Positions 51,037 to 59,395 of a DNA stretch of 64,000 nucleotides are shown here, one piece after another (positions within the stretch are counted from its first letter, which is position 1; the number at the start of each line of letters is the position of its first letter). The DNA is from a virus. The position numbers and the translations under genes are program-made. Location: positions 1-64,000 of IMG/VR virus record IMGVR_UViG_3300032309_000931; one strand, written 5' to 3'. The notes beneath the pieces were generated by a model, which did no database searches, was not told the DNA's origin, and worked only from the letters and a program-made list of their open reading frames with translations.

Positions 51037-52332
51037 TTAGAGTTCGATGTATGTTTTGATTACTTTAAATGTAGTTCCAGCTGTGGTTGTAGCAGTTAAA
51101 CGAACATATGATGCTTCTCCACTTTCGTAGGCTGCAGTATATTCTGCAAGAGATGCATTTGAGAACATATTTGCATACTCAGTAATGTATACATTATTGC
51201 CTGAATCATAAGTTACAAGTAATTCTGTAACTTCAACATCACCAGCTTTGTAAGCCTGAATAATGTATTTTGCTGTTCTATAAACATCAACATCAAATGC
51301 GTCTACACTAACTGTTGTGCTTGATGATGTTACTGTTCTACTGTCAATAAGCCCATTTACTAACTCTACCGACCCAACCTGAAGTTGTGCAGTAGCATTT
51401 GTACCAATTGTAACTGTGTCACTTGTTGAATTTACATTTACTGTAATAGCACCAGAACCAGTGAAGGTTAGAGTATCGTTTGAGCTATCTGGTGTTGCAG
51501 TTGTTGCCCCATCTGAAATAGTGTTGAATAGGTTAACACTTCCACTAGTTGTAATTGCTGCTTCTGTGGCTGCACCTGCACTATCTCCAGGTGTTGAAAG
51601 ATACCAAGCGTTCGCTGTCTCATTCCAGTAAATTTTTGCATTGGTATAAGATCCACGCTCAACTTCAATACCAGCGTCAAGATTTGGTACTCCAGTAAAG
51701 TTGGTGTTAAGCATAACAATGTTATCTTCAACAGCAAGGGTATCTGTATTAAGAGTTGTAGTTGTACCACTAACTGTTAGGTTTCCTGTAACAGTAAGGT
51801 TGTTACCAATTGTTACGTTGTCTGGAAGACCGATTGTTACTGAACCAGTACCTGCAGAAACTTCAATCTCATTTGCAGTTCCAGAAACTCCTGTTACACC
51901 AGAGTTGGTAATTGTAATGGTATCGCTTGTTGCATTTCCTGCAATGGTAATACCAGTGCTTGGTGTAATGGTAATTGTGTCAGAGTTATTAGCTGCGACA
52001 ATTGATGTTCCATTTGCAATGAATGTTTTAAAGATGTTTTGCGATGAACCAAGGTCTGAGTTAGAAATTGTGATTGTATCGCTTGTTGCGTTACCCACAA
52101 TTGTAATTCCAGTGCTTGGTGTGAGTGTAAGTGTATCAGTGCTGCTATCTGCAACTACTGATGTTCCGTTAGCACTAATTGTTCCAAATGTGTTTGGAGC
52201 AGCTGGATATGCTACGGTAGCTTCGGTAAGAATGTTTGAGCTGTTGATGGTTCCGTTTGTACCTGTAATGGTTACGTTACCGTCAACAGTCAGACCGTTC
52301 TTAACTCTAAAGTTTTTGTTTACGGTTGCCAT
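51037..52332 (-). CDS. Tail fibre protein
   Basis: N-terminus KNF.VKNGL shared with the neighbouring fibre; GNLTVSGTTTT..AGIEVERG; C-terminal YRTAKYIIQ. Confidence 0.75.
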   Translation of the reverse strand: MATVNKNFRVKNGLTVDGNVTITGTNGTINSSNILTEATVAYPAAPNTFGTISANGTSVVADSSTDTLTLTPSTGITIVGNATSDTITISNSDLGSSQNIFKTFIANGTSIVAANNSDTITITPSTGITIAGNATSDTITITNSGVTGVSGTANEIEVSAGTGSVTIGLPDNVTIGNNLTVTGNLTVSGTTTTLNTDTLAVEDNIVMLNTNFTGVPNLDAGIEVERGSYTNAKIYWNETANAWYLSTPGDSAGAATEAAITTSGSVNLFNTISDGATTATPDSSNDTLTFTGSGAITVNVNSTSDTVTIGTNATAQLQVGSVELVNGLIDSRTVTSSSTTVSVDAFDVDVYRTAKYIIQAYKAGDVEVTELLVTYDSGNNVYITEYANMFSNASLAEYTAAYESGEASYVRLTATTTAGTTFKVIKTYIEL

Positions 52333-52347
52333 TTTATTATCTCCTTA

Positions 52348-52794
52348 TTATGCCTTTAATCCCATACGAGCGAATCGTACAGTGATTGGCGTTACGGCAG
52401 GATTTGGGGTAACTACAAGAGTTACGTTTGCTCCTACCTGAGAGACGCTAACGGTTCCAATATCCCCATCATTGTCTATTGATCCATATTGACTAACGTT
52501 AACGTTTGTTCCGTCAATAAGGATTGTTAATTCGGTTGCAAAGAATTTATTTGCACCGCCTGTAATTTTAGAAATAGAAACTATGTACTTAACCATTCTC
52601 CAACTAGATGCTGGGAAGGTGTCTACTGTAGTTGCATTCTCAATTCCATTAATTGTTTCTTCGTTATTACCACTTGACCCAAGCTCTGTTGCTTGAGCTG
52701 CAAGTGTGTCAATTAATAGTGCGTAGTCGGCACCGTTTGGGACATCACCAGTTTCAAACTTAGCTTTAATTTCTGCGAGGGTAGGTCTAGGCAT
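52348..52794 (-). CDS. Virion/fibre-associated protein
   Basis: FETGDVP..DY..LID start; WRMVKYIV domain similar to the C-terminus of 51037-52332. Confidence 0.6.
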   Translation of the reverse strand: MPRPTLAEIKAKFETGDVPNGADYALLIDTLAAQATELGSSGNNEETINGIENATTVDTFPASSWRMVKYIVSISKITGGANKFFATELTILIDGTNVNVSQYGSIDNDGDIGTVSVSQVGANVTLVVTPNPAVTPITVRFARMGLKA

Positions 52795-52821
52795 AATACA
52801 TTAATTATATCATTAATGTTT

Positions 52822-53130
52822 TTATAAAATGTAGTTACTTACACCAACAATAGCAATACCAATGGGTGCTGGATTTCCTGGTCCATACCCTGCGATTCCA
52901 ATGTCTGTAAATCTTACATAAAAAGGAATAACATCAATAGCTCTGGCGGTATAAACAATATCTTGAACTGTTGTAAGTGGATATCCCACTGTTGTAACTT
53001 TTGCATCGTGAATAATGTCTGTAATCTTTGCAGAATGTGCCTCACCTGTTACAGAAGTATTTGAGTATGAGGTTTGTACCACGGAACCAAGGTATCCAGG
53101 CTTAATGTCACTAATAACTGCTTTAGCCAT
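52822..53130 (-). CDS. Hypothetical virion protein
   Basis: Coupled ORF. Confidence 0.55.
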   Translation of the reverse strand: MAKAVISDIKPGYLGSVVQTSYSNTSVTGEAHSAKITDIIHDAKVTTVGYPLTTVQDIVYTARAIDVIPFYVRFTDIGIAGYGPGNPAPIGIAIVGVSNYIL

Positions 53131-53534
53131 TAGCTCATTCCTGAATTAGTAATATCCTCAATTACAATCATACTGCCCTGGCAGACTGTCCAAATTCTTG
53201 TAGCATCTTTAATTTCAATATCAAACAGGTCGCCAGTCTCTAGACGGTTTGTTTGTGATGCGGTTAGCTTTACTGTAAATTCTCCAACACCATCTCCTGC
53301 AACTGCAGCAGGTGTAACAGTTGTAATAAGTGTGGCAGCGTCTGTCATTTCTGGTACTGTCTGTTCTACTGTTGGACGTTTAATCTGCATTGATTTAGTC
53401 CAAGATGTAACATTGAGTGCAGCCTTTGTATCGTCAGTTACATAGACACGAAATGCGGCGGTATCTCCACGAACTACAGTCCAAGTTACAAGTGGTGGAA
53501 CATTTCCAACAGGATAATTTTTACGAGTTGCCAT
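53130..53534 (-). CDS. BppU-like Ig-fold structural protein
   Basis: WTVVRGDT...FDIEI...WTVCQG. Confidence 0.55.
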   Translation of the reverse strand: MATRKNYPVGNVPPLVTWTVVRGDTAAFRVYVTDDTKAALNVTSWTKSMQIKRPTVEQTVPEMTDAATLITTVTPAAVAGDGVGEFTVKLTASQTNRLETGDLFDIEIKDATRIWTVCQGSMIVIEDITNSGMS

Positions 53535-53554
53535 AGTATTTAAATTATATCACA

Positions 53555-54532
53555 CTATGTGATGTTAGACCATCCAGAGCCATTCCAAATTTTTATTTGA
53601 GCACCAGATGTCCAGGTACTGCCATTCCAAACCTTTATTTCACTTTGTGACCAACCTGACCCATTCCAAACTTTTGGACCACCAGGAAGTGTTTGTGCGG
53701 TAACAGTAGAACTTCTTTGTCCAACCACTGCTGTTATAGAAGCATAGTTAGATGATGTATGATCATTGGTAACAGCGTTAAGTGCGGCAATTTGAAAATC
53801 ATAAGATGTATTTCTTGTAAGACCAGTTACATTATAAGATCTTGTAGTACTTCCAGTATTTCCAACTAAAACTGACCAGGCACTTGATGAAGATAGCTTA
53901 TAGTTAATTCTATATCCAGTAATTGCAGTACCACCATTATCTGACGGAGCATTCCAGGAAAGTGTAAGTGTATTTATCGAAACATTTGATGATGTTGGTG
54001 ATAGTGGTGCAGATGGTATTGTTTGAAACGCCAGGTAACCACTAATGCTACCAGTATGGGTTGTTGCAGATGGAAGGGTTCGATATGTAGCTCCAGTAGC
54101 ATTTGCAGATCTAGCAAAAGTAAATGTCGAGCCAGAAGTAGTTCTAACTCCATATCCATACTCTGTACCAGCATTAAGAATATATCCAGTCATACCAGAG
54201 TCTGTATATGTTGTAGTTGTATTTGTTAACGCCTTAGCACTACCATAATATGTTCCAGTTATACCCATCTGTACTGATATTCCTGAACCATATGCACCAG
54301 CTGTAGAGTTGTAGCCACCTAATCTTAAAGATATTTCAGAAAGTCTAATTGGATAATTTGTGGCTGCTACCGTTCCTCCAGACTGAAATGCACCAGACTG
54401 AATGGCATCGGTTGTTAGAGGTGTTATTACTGAATAAGCCTCATCCCCAGCACCAAGGCTAAAAATATATGCCGCAGACGATCCAGTTGTATCCCCAGTA
54501 CCATCTCCAACACTATATCCAAATGTAGCCAT
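53555..54532 (-). CDS. Fibronectin type III domain virion protein
   Basis: PSAP...LSWNAPSDNGGTAITGYRINY...YDFQIAALN; three WNGS.W repeats. Confidence 0.8.
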   Translation of the reverse strand: MATFGYSVGDGTGDTTGSSAAYIFSLGAGDEAYSVITPLTTDAIQSGAFQSGGTVAATNYPIRLSEISLRLGGYNSTAGAYGSGISVQMGITGTYYGSAKALTNTTTTYTDSGMTGYILNAGTEYGYGVRTTSGSTFTFARSANATGATYRTLPSATTHTGSISGYLAFQTIPSAPLSPTSSNVSINTLTLSWNAPSDNGGTAITGYRINYKLSSSSAWSVLVGNTGSTTRSYNVTGLTRNTSYDFQIAALNAVTNDHTSSNYASITAVVGQRSSTVTAQTLPGGPKVWNGSGWSQSEIKVWNGSTWTSGAQIKIWNGSGWSNIT

Positions 54533-54540
54533 TGATTATC

Positions 54541-54921
54541 CTAGTAGTCTACCCAGATATCTCCAGCTGTAAGATTTGCTGTAGCTGGTTCATTTGTAGA
54601 AACAATAATTTTTCTAGTTTCGCCAATAGCTGTTGTATTAACATTAAATCCAGCAGTGGTTGTTCCATACCAGATGGCACCCTTGATTGCTGAAGATGCC
54701 TGTCCAACTAAATTAATTGCAGTATTTGCTGAAGTAGCTGAAGACGTAATTGTTCCTGTAGACGAAATTGCACCAGTAAAAGCTTGACCAGCAGTATTTG
54801 CTTTTGATGCAATGTCGTCAGCAATACTTACGTGATAATTTGAGAATGCTGCAACAATATTAGCATTTTCTCCTAGATCTGGAATAGTTCCAGTAATTCC
54901 TGAGCTTGTGTTTGATCCCAT
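54541..54921 (-). CDS. Small fibre-like protein
   Basis: Ends EPATANLTAGDIWVDY. Confidence 0.6.
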   Translation of the reverse strand: MGSNTSSGITGTIPDLGENANIVAAFSNYHVSIADDIASKANTAGQAFTGAISSTGTITSSATSANTAINLVGQASSAIKGAIWYGTTTAGFNVNTTAIGETRKIIVSTNEPATANLTAGDIWVDY

Positions 54922-54934
54922 AAAATTAATTATA

Positions 54935-55048
54935 TCAGAAAACTAGAGATGTAGTTTTGTTTTTGTAAACTGTAGGAACTCCGCCTACTGTTACTTTAAT
55001 TACTGGAGGTAATGAGGTTTTAGAATCTACAATTTTGATAACTGCCAT
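54935..55048 (-). CDS. 37-aa microprotein (not in ORF track)
   Basis: MAVIKIVDSKTSLPPVIKVTVGGVPTVYKNKTTSLVF; TAATG coupling to upstream gene. Confidence 0.5.
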   Translation of the reverse strand: MAVIKIVDSKTSLPPVIKVTVGGVPTVYKNKTTSLVF

Positions 55049-55419
55049 TAGAGGCTACCCCCAACATCTCCAACTACACTAATAGTTCCAACGATAGGAG
55101 TCCAGATTTCTGTACCAGTATCTATCTGTAGGTCGAATAATAATTCTGCTACGATTGATCCGTATGTGTTACCCCACTCAACAGTAACATCTGATGGTGC
55201 TGTAATTGTCAAAACGTTTGCAGCAAAAGAAGTTTCAAGCTCATACTCTGTATCTGTCTTTGGGTTAAAGGCAACTGCCACAAAGTCCCAACCAGTTGTT
55301 GTATAAGATGTAGTTTCATCATCATTTAAAAATGAAACTTTAATAGAAGAGCTATCACCACGGACAACTTTCCAGGTAACACGAGCAGGGTCAGACCCAA
55401 AGAATTCTTGAAGTGCCAT
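55048..55419 (-). CDS. BppU-like structural protein (paralog of 53130-53534)
   Basis: WKVVRGDS...FDLQI...WTPIVG. Confidence 0.55.
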   Translation of the reverse strand: MALQEFFGSDPARVTWKVVRGDSSSIKVSFLNDDETTSYTTTGWDFVAVAFNPKTDTEYELETSFAANVLTITAPSDVTVEWGNTYGSIVAELLFDLQIDTGTEIWTPIVGTISVVGDVGGSL

Positions 55420-55442
55420 ACCTTTATTATAACATAATTAAA

Positions 55443-55491
55443 GACTGACACTCAGGATGGTGGGTATGAGAGACGAACCTGAGTGCCAGCC
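55443..55491 (-). ncRNA. Candidate small stem-loop RNA
   Basis: 12-14 bp stem with 21-nt loop, starting just downstream of TGATATAAT (-10 at 55500-55505); no ORF. Confidence 0.35.
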
Positions 55492-55510
55492 ATTATTTAA
55501 TTATATCAGA

Positions 55511-56209
55511 TCAATCAATAGTTATGTAAAACAAAGAACTACCTTTTTCCATCTGAATAAGAGTTCGTTGATGAGCATCAAAATTTCTGTCTGCTTCTAT
55601 AACTCTAACAAATGTTGGTCTACCAAGCCAGGAATTTAGTAGTTCTAAATCTCTAACATAAGTATCCCTATAAGGATTAAGTGCGTCAATCACTTTACCG
55701 TCACCGATATAAATACCGATGTGGTGGAAGTAACGCCCCCATCCCCATCCTACAAGGTCTCCAGGTAGAACATTTGCTTGATCAACTCTTGGACCCAAAG
55801 CCATAATTGATGAAGCTGAATGCCTAACATCAATTCCTAGCTGATTTGCCAAGACGTGTTTAACAAATCCACTACAGTCAAAACCTCTTGTAGTTGAACC
55901 ACCATACCAGTATGGAGTTCCTTGGAAAGATACAGCGTATGCAACAAATTTTGACTGTACAGATTCAGGATCAGCAATGCGATCTGCTTCTGCTTTCATA
56001 ACTTGTTCATATGCTGCGTCATATTTAATTTTATATTCTGCTTGTGCAGATTGTACTGTCTCTCGTAATTCAGCTCCCGAAAGAACTGACCTAGAAATAG
56101 TGACATCATCTGCCACGGCATCTGGAGAAGAGCATACGCTCAGCCCAAATAGTATTGATAAAACAATAGAACTTAATAAAAAGCTCTTTAGTCTAGGATT
56201 TGTTTTCAT
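55511..56209 (-). CDS. NlpC/P60 peptidoglycan endopeptidase with signal peptide
   Basis: GTPYWYGG...FDCSGF, HIGIYIGDG; N-terminal signal-like segment; AGGAGG RBS. Confidence 0.9.
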   Translation of the reverse strand: MKTNPRLKSFLLSSIVLSILFGLSVCSSPDAVADDVTISRSVLSGAELRETVQSAQAEYKIKYDAAYEQVMKAEADRIADPESVQSKFVAYAVSFQGTPYWYGGSTTRGFDCSGFVKHVLANQLGIDVRHSASSIMALGPRVDQANVLPGDLVGWGWGRYFHHIGIYIGDGKVIDALNPYRDTYVRDLELLNSWLGRPTFVRVIEADRNFDAHQRTLIQMEKGSSLFYITID

Positions 56210-56273
56210 ATTTCAGATACCTCCTCCTCTTATAAAGAGAAAACACCTTATTGGCTAAGGCGTTGTAGGTTCA

Positions 56274-56326
56274 AGTATAACAGAGTTTATTCGATATTGC
56301 AAATTGCAACTGTTACGAAATGTTAC
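56274..56326 (-). promoter_or_regulatory. SigA-type promoter for NlpC/P60 with GTAAC-N5-GTAAC repeat upstream of -35
   Basis: TTGCAA-17-TATACT with extended TG; repeat at 56312-56326. Confidence 0.55.
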
Positions 56327-56500
56327 ACCAGTAATTTACAGGTATTTTGATATCAGAGTTGACAGGGGTTGCTGAGGTGTGTTATATTACTATAATGGGG
56401 GGGAATAGAAGTATAAGAAAAAACAAAATAGAAGAAAGAAACCCCTAAGAAAAGTTCTTCGAAAACAAGTCAAATCAAGTCCGAAGGACATTAGTGTTAC

Positions 56501-56791
56501 TTATTTTTTGCTAATGTAATTGACGAACATCTCAGTTAACTTGTCAATCTTATCATCTAGCTTTTCGTGAAATTTTTCACCTTGTTGATTCTGAACTTTT
56601 AAATCTAGAATATCTTGTTCAAGTCTAGTTACTTGATCTTTCATTGATGAACCACTATTAGGTTTAAGTTCTTTTTTGATATCATCGAAGTAGTGTCTGA
56701 CTAACCATCTTACTCCTGTTGCTGTGATAGTAATAATAGTAGCAGCACTAATTGTTATACCAAGAATCATCTGAAAAACCTCTAAAGCCAT
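56501..56791 (-). CDS. Single-TM membrane protein, holin candidate
   Basis: N-terminal TM, PNSGSSMKD motif, coiled coil; next to a cell-wall hydrolase. Confidence 0.6.
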   Translation of the reverse strand: MALEVFQMILGITISAATIITITATGVRWLVRHYFDDIKKELKPNSGSSMKDQVTRLEQDILDLKVQNQQGEKFHEKLDDKIDKLTEMFVNYISKK

Positions 56792-56995
56792 AGTATAACT
56801 ATTATAAACTATCTTTTACTACATCTTGATATAAAGTTCTCCGACAATAACTAGATATAGTGTCATTAAAGCGAAGCGGAAAATTCGGCGGCGAATAGAG
56901 TATCCCAAACACCCTATCCCCAAACAAGGATAAAGAAACATCCAATACAGGGGCAATATGTGTTAACACACCGAATGTGTTGATATACTAGATAT

Positions 56996-57205
56996 ATGAC
57001 CGATGAACAAAAGCCTGTAATGCCTTGGGACCTACTTAATCCAAACCAGCCTCGTAGCACAAAAGAACTTAAAGCAGAGCGTCTTGCCATATGTGCAGAA
57101 TGTCCTTTATATAATTCATTTGCCCATACGTGTACAATATGTAAATGTTTTATGAAGATGAAGACTAAACTTGCTCACGCTTATTGTCCTATACATAAAT
57201 GGTGA
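56996..57205 (+). CDS. Cys-rich small protein
   Basis: RLAICAECP...CTICKCFM..KT.L....CP..KW; ATG 6 nt after TGATATACT. Confidence 0.75.
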   Translation: MTDEQKPVMPWDLLNPNQPRSTKELKAERLAICAECPLYNSFAHTCTICKCFMKMKTKLAHAYCPIHKW

Positions 57206-57328
57206 ATACACATCAGGCAAGCGTTGCTTGCTGTATACCGTTGAAAAATAGACCATCTCGTATCCAAGTACCAAAATATATTCTAGCTCGTTAGAGAGCC
57301 TCTGAGAGCTTTATGATATAATTATTCT

Positions 57329-57502
57329 ATGGAAACAAATTATATGCACAAGGACTGGCTCACCGAACAATTTGTAGAGCTAAAGAAAACATCTCGTCAG
57401 ATCTCAAGAGAGATTAATGTATCAAGAAAGATTATTAACGTATGTCTATTGAACTTTGGTCTTATTACAAGAGATGAATTGGAAGATTCTGATCTACCGT
57501 GA
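57329..57502 (+). CDS. Small HTH protein (57 aa, not in ORF track)
   Basis: METNYMHKDWLTEQFVELKKTSRQISREINVSRKIINVCLLNFGL; ATG 6 nt after TGATATAAT. Confidence 0.65.
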   Translation: METNYMHKDWLTEQFVELKKTSRQISREINVSRKIINVCLLNFGLITRDELEDSDLP

Positions 57503-57645
57503 CAAATAGTGACATCTTCATTTTGATCATTTGCTTTGCACCTGTTGCAGCAGTGGCTATTGGGTTATTGTCTTTCTATTATGCATTTAGAGTTGATCAG
57601 GATGTATTTAGTGGAGATCTAGACTTCGATACCGTCGATTTCTAA
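57499..57645 (+). CDS. 48-aa single-TM protein
   Basis: GTGA overlap; IFILIICFAPVAAVAIGLLSFYYAF. Confidence 0.5.
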   Translation: MTNSDIFILIICFAPVAAVAIGLLSFYYAFRVDQDVFSGDLDFDTVDF

Positions 57646-57655
57646 AACATCCAAA

Positions 57656-57880
57656 TCTGAATAATTTTTTATTTGTCGTATGCGACGAATTCTGAATATT
57701 TTTTTTTATTTTTGGATTTAGACATTTTCTGAATAATTTGATTATGTGTATGATACACGATCTGAGAGAATAAAACACTAAATCTTAGTGAGCACACTGC
57801 CTAAGCACTGCCTCTAATCGAGAATTGACTACTGGTGCCACCTAATAAATAGGAATAGTACTAGTGACTAGTGCCACCTA
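57656..57880. repeat. Short direct repeats at the strand-switch junction
   Basis: TCTGAATA x3 (57656, 57691, 57728), CACTGCCT x2, GTGCCACCTA x2 (57835, 57871). Confidence 0.6.
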
Positions 57881-57885
57881 GTAAT

Positions 57886-58047
57886 CTAGGCTAGTGGAAT
57901 CCAAGACCCACACTCTAGGCACGTGTCCGTAGCAACGTGGAACCAAGATTCTTCGTCACACACTACGCAGTCAGCGATAGCGTATCCTTCAACGTGCTGT
58001 CCACTAGCGAGCATTTCGTCACATTCTTCTGAGAGTAGCATTTCCAT
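57886..58047 (-). CDS. 53-aa zinc-ribbon microprotein
   Basis: MEMLLSEECDEML...CVVC...CLECG; AAAGGACA RBS; own promoter at 58084-58105. Confidence 0.65.
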   Translation of the reverse strand: MEMLLSEECDEMLASGQHVEGYAIADCVVCDEESWFHVATDTCLECGSWIPLA

Positions 58048-58288
58048 TTGTCTGTCCTTTGTTTGTGTTTCTTTGATATCTAAATACTATGTCATAGCAC
58101 GGACATATAACTACCAATACCGCACATATTTAGGTGAACAATAGGTTAACAAATTTTGCGCCCCCCACGCAACATTCTTGCGTGTTTTTACGACTTACGC
58201 AATAAATCCCCAAATAGCCTGTTTTTAGCCCTATTCTGGTAGTTTTATGTCGGTGGTCGATGTTACACTAAATATATAAACAAACAGA

Positions 58289-58370
58289 GAAACCAAAGAG
58301 AGTGAGCCTCTCAGAGCAAATAAGACCCAAAGGGTATGAGCCTCTCAGAGCAAATAAATCTCAAGGTTTC
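58289..58370 (+). ncRNA. Structured leader with two copies of the RUGAGC/CAAAUAAR motif
   Basis: GAAACC..GAGA GTGAGC CTCTCAGAG CAAATAAG ACCC-AAA-GGGT ATGAGC CTCTCAGAG CAAATAAA TCTC..GGTTTC. Confidence 0.55.
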
Positions 58371-58388
58371 AGATAAGGATAGAAAATA

Positions 58389-58499
58389 ATGAATGAATTT
58401 CACGGAAATTGCCAAAAGTGTGGCACTTGGAATCGAATTGCGTTTGTAGGTTCGATGTCCCTTAGCCAATTGCTTTGCAAGGCTTGCCGTAACAAGTAA
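58389..58499 (+). CDS. 36-aa zinc-ribbon microprotein
   Basis: MNEFHGNCQKCGTWNRIAFVGSMSLSQLLCKACRNK; AAGGA RBS. Confidence 0.7.
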   Translation: MNEFHGNCQKCGTWNRIAFVGSMSLSQLLCKACRNK

Positions 58500-58691
58500 G
58501 CCCCATAGCTTGTGCATAAGTTATCCACAGGCGGCGCACCACCATATCTAGTAACATACTGACATTTACGTACTACATATAGATTCCCCTGAATTATAAC
58601 AAAATGGTAACATAGCGTAACAATAGGGCATATCGATTAGTTATATGTCGGTGGTCTGTGTTAGGCTGTAGACATAAAGAAAGGAAATGAA

Positions 58692-58814
58692 ATGAACGAA
58701 TTTCACGGTAACTGCCAGAACTGTAAGGTCTGGACAAAGGTAGCCTTCAATGGCTCAATGGGTCTGAGTGAGTTGCTCTGCTCGCTCTGCCGTATGACAC
58801 AGGCTACCAAGTAG
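58692..58814 (+). CDS. 40-aa zinc-ribbon microprotein (paralog of 58389)
   Basis: MNEFHGNCQNCKVWTKVAFNGSMGLSELLCSLCRMTQATK. Confidence 0.7.
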   Translation: MNEFHGNCQNCKVWTKVAFNGSMGLSELLCSLCRMTQATK

Positions 58815-58866
58815 TTTCGTGTCGTACCTCTAGGCTATACTGATAACAACAAGTAAGGACAAACAA

Positions 58867-59046
58867 ATGGAAATCGAAAACGAAATCGACATCAACGAAG
58901 TTGAGGACATCAACATCAACACTCTCACGCCTAAGCAAATGGCACTACGCCTAAACGCTCTCGTTCGTTTGGCTCAGGGTGAAACATTCACTACCCACGA
59001 TTTTGAGGAAGCCCTAACGCTCACTCGCAAACTGGCTAAGCGATAG
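58867..59046 (+). CDS. 59-aa microprotein with acidic N-terminus
   Basis: MEIENEIDINEVEDININ...; AAGGACA RBS after promoter. Confidence 0.65.
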   Translation: MEIENEIDINEVEDININTLTPKQMALRLNALVRLAQGETFTTHDFEEALTLTRKLAKR

Positions 59047-59054
59047 GGGAACCA

Positions 59055-59144
59055 ATGCTAGTCTCAAACATCGCCACAGTAATTTGTGTGCTACTAATCG
59101 GATACCTAATAATCTACATCGCTCAGGAGATAAGCAATGACTAA
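59055..59144 (+). CDS. 29-aa TM microprotein
   Basis: MLVSNIATVICVLLIGYLIIYIAQEISND. Confidence 0.5.
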   Translation: MLVSNIATVICVLLIGYLIIYIAQEISND

Positions 59145-59226
59145 ATGTAAAGAGTGTAAGCGTAACCTAACTGTAATAATCGAAAACTATCCTGATTTGT
59201 GTTGGTCGTGTGTGATGGAACAGTAG
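59137..59226 (+). CDS. 29-aa CxxC/CxxC microprotein
   Basis: MTKCKECKRNLTVIIENYPDLCWSCVMEQ; AGGAG RBS. Confidence 0.55.
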   Translation: MTKCKECKRNLTVIIENYPDLCWSCVMEQ

Positions 59227-59395
59227 GCGGATCGACTTATCCACAGCCCCCGAAAAGTTATCCACAGGGGGGCGCAAACTTATCCACAGCCTGTTAGTAA
59301 CTTAGTTACGAATTGTTACGAACTTTCCCTAAAATTCCCTAGTTTTATGTCGGTGGTCAATGATAAAATGTAAACATACAAGCAAAGGACAAAAA

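Noticed and set aside
76-56258. Many plus-strand ORFs in the track that overlap minus-strand genes (e.g. 5880, 12151, 37764, 48990, 51701)
   Set aside because: Antisense shadows of real genes, with no RBS or recognisable motifs.
56210-56275. c-di-AMP (ydaO) riboswitch upstream of NlpC/P60
   Set aside because: The leader is only about 60 nt with one small hairpin (CGCCTTA-GCCAA-TAAGGTG), too short for that fold.
56825-56846. Minus-strand TGTCGGAG upstream of the holin-like gene as another PafBC promoter
   Set aside because: No TAnnnT at the required spacing.
57294-57309. Fifth copy of the RUGAGC/CAAAUAAR motif (GAGCCTCTGAGAGC)
   Set aside because: Lacks the CAAATAA strand and the outer stem.
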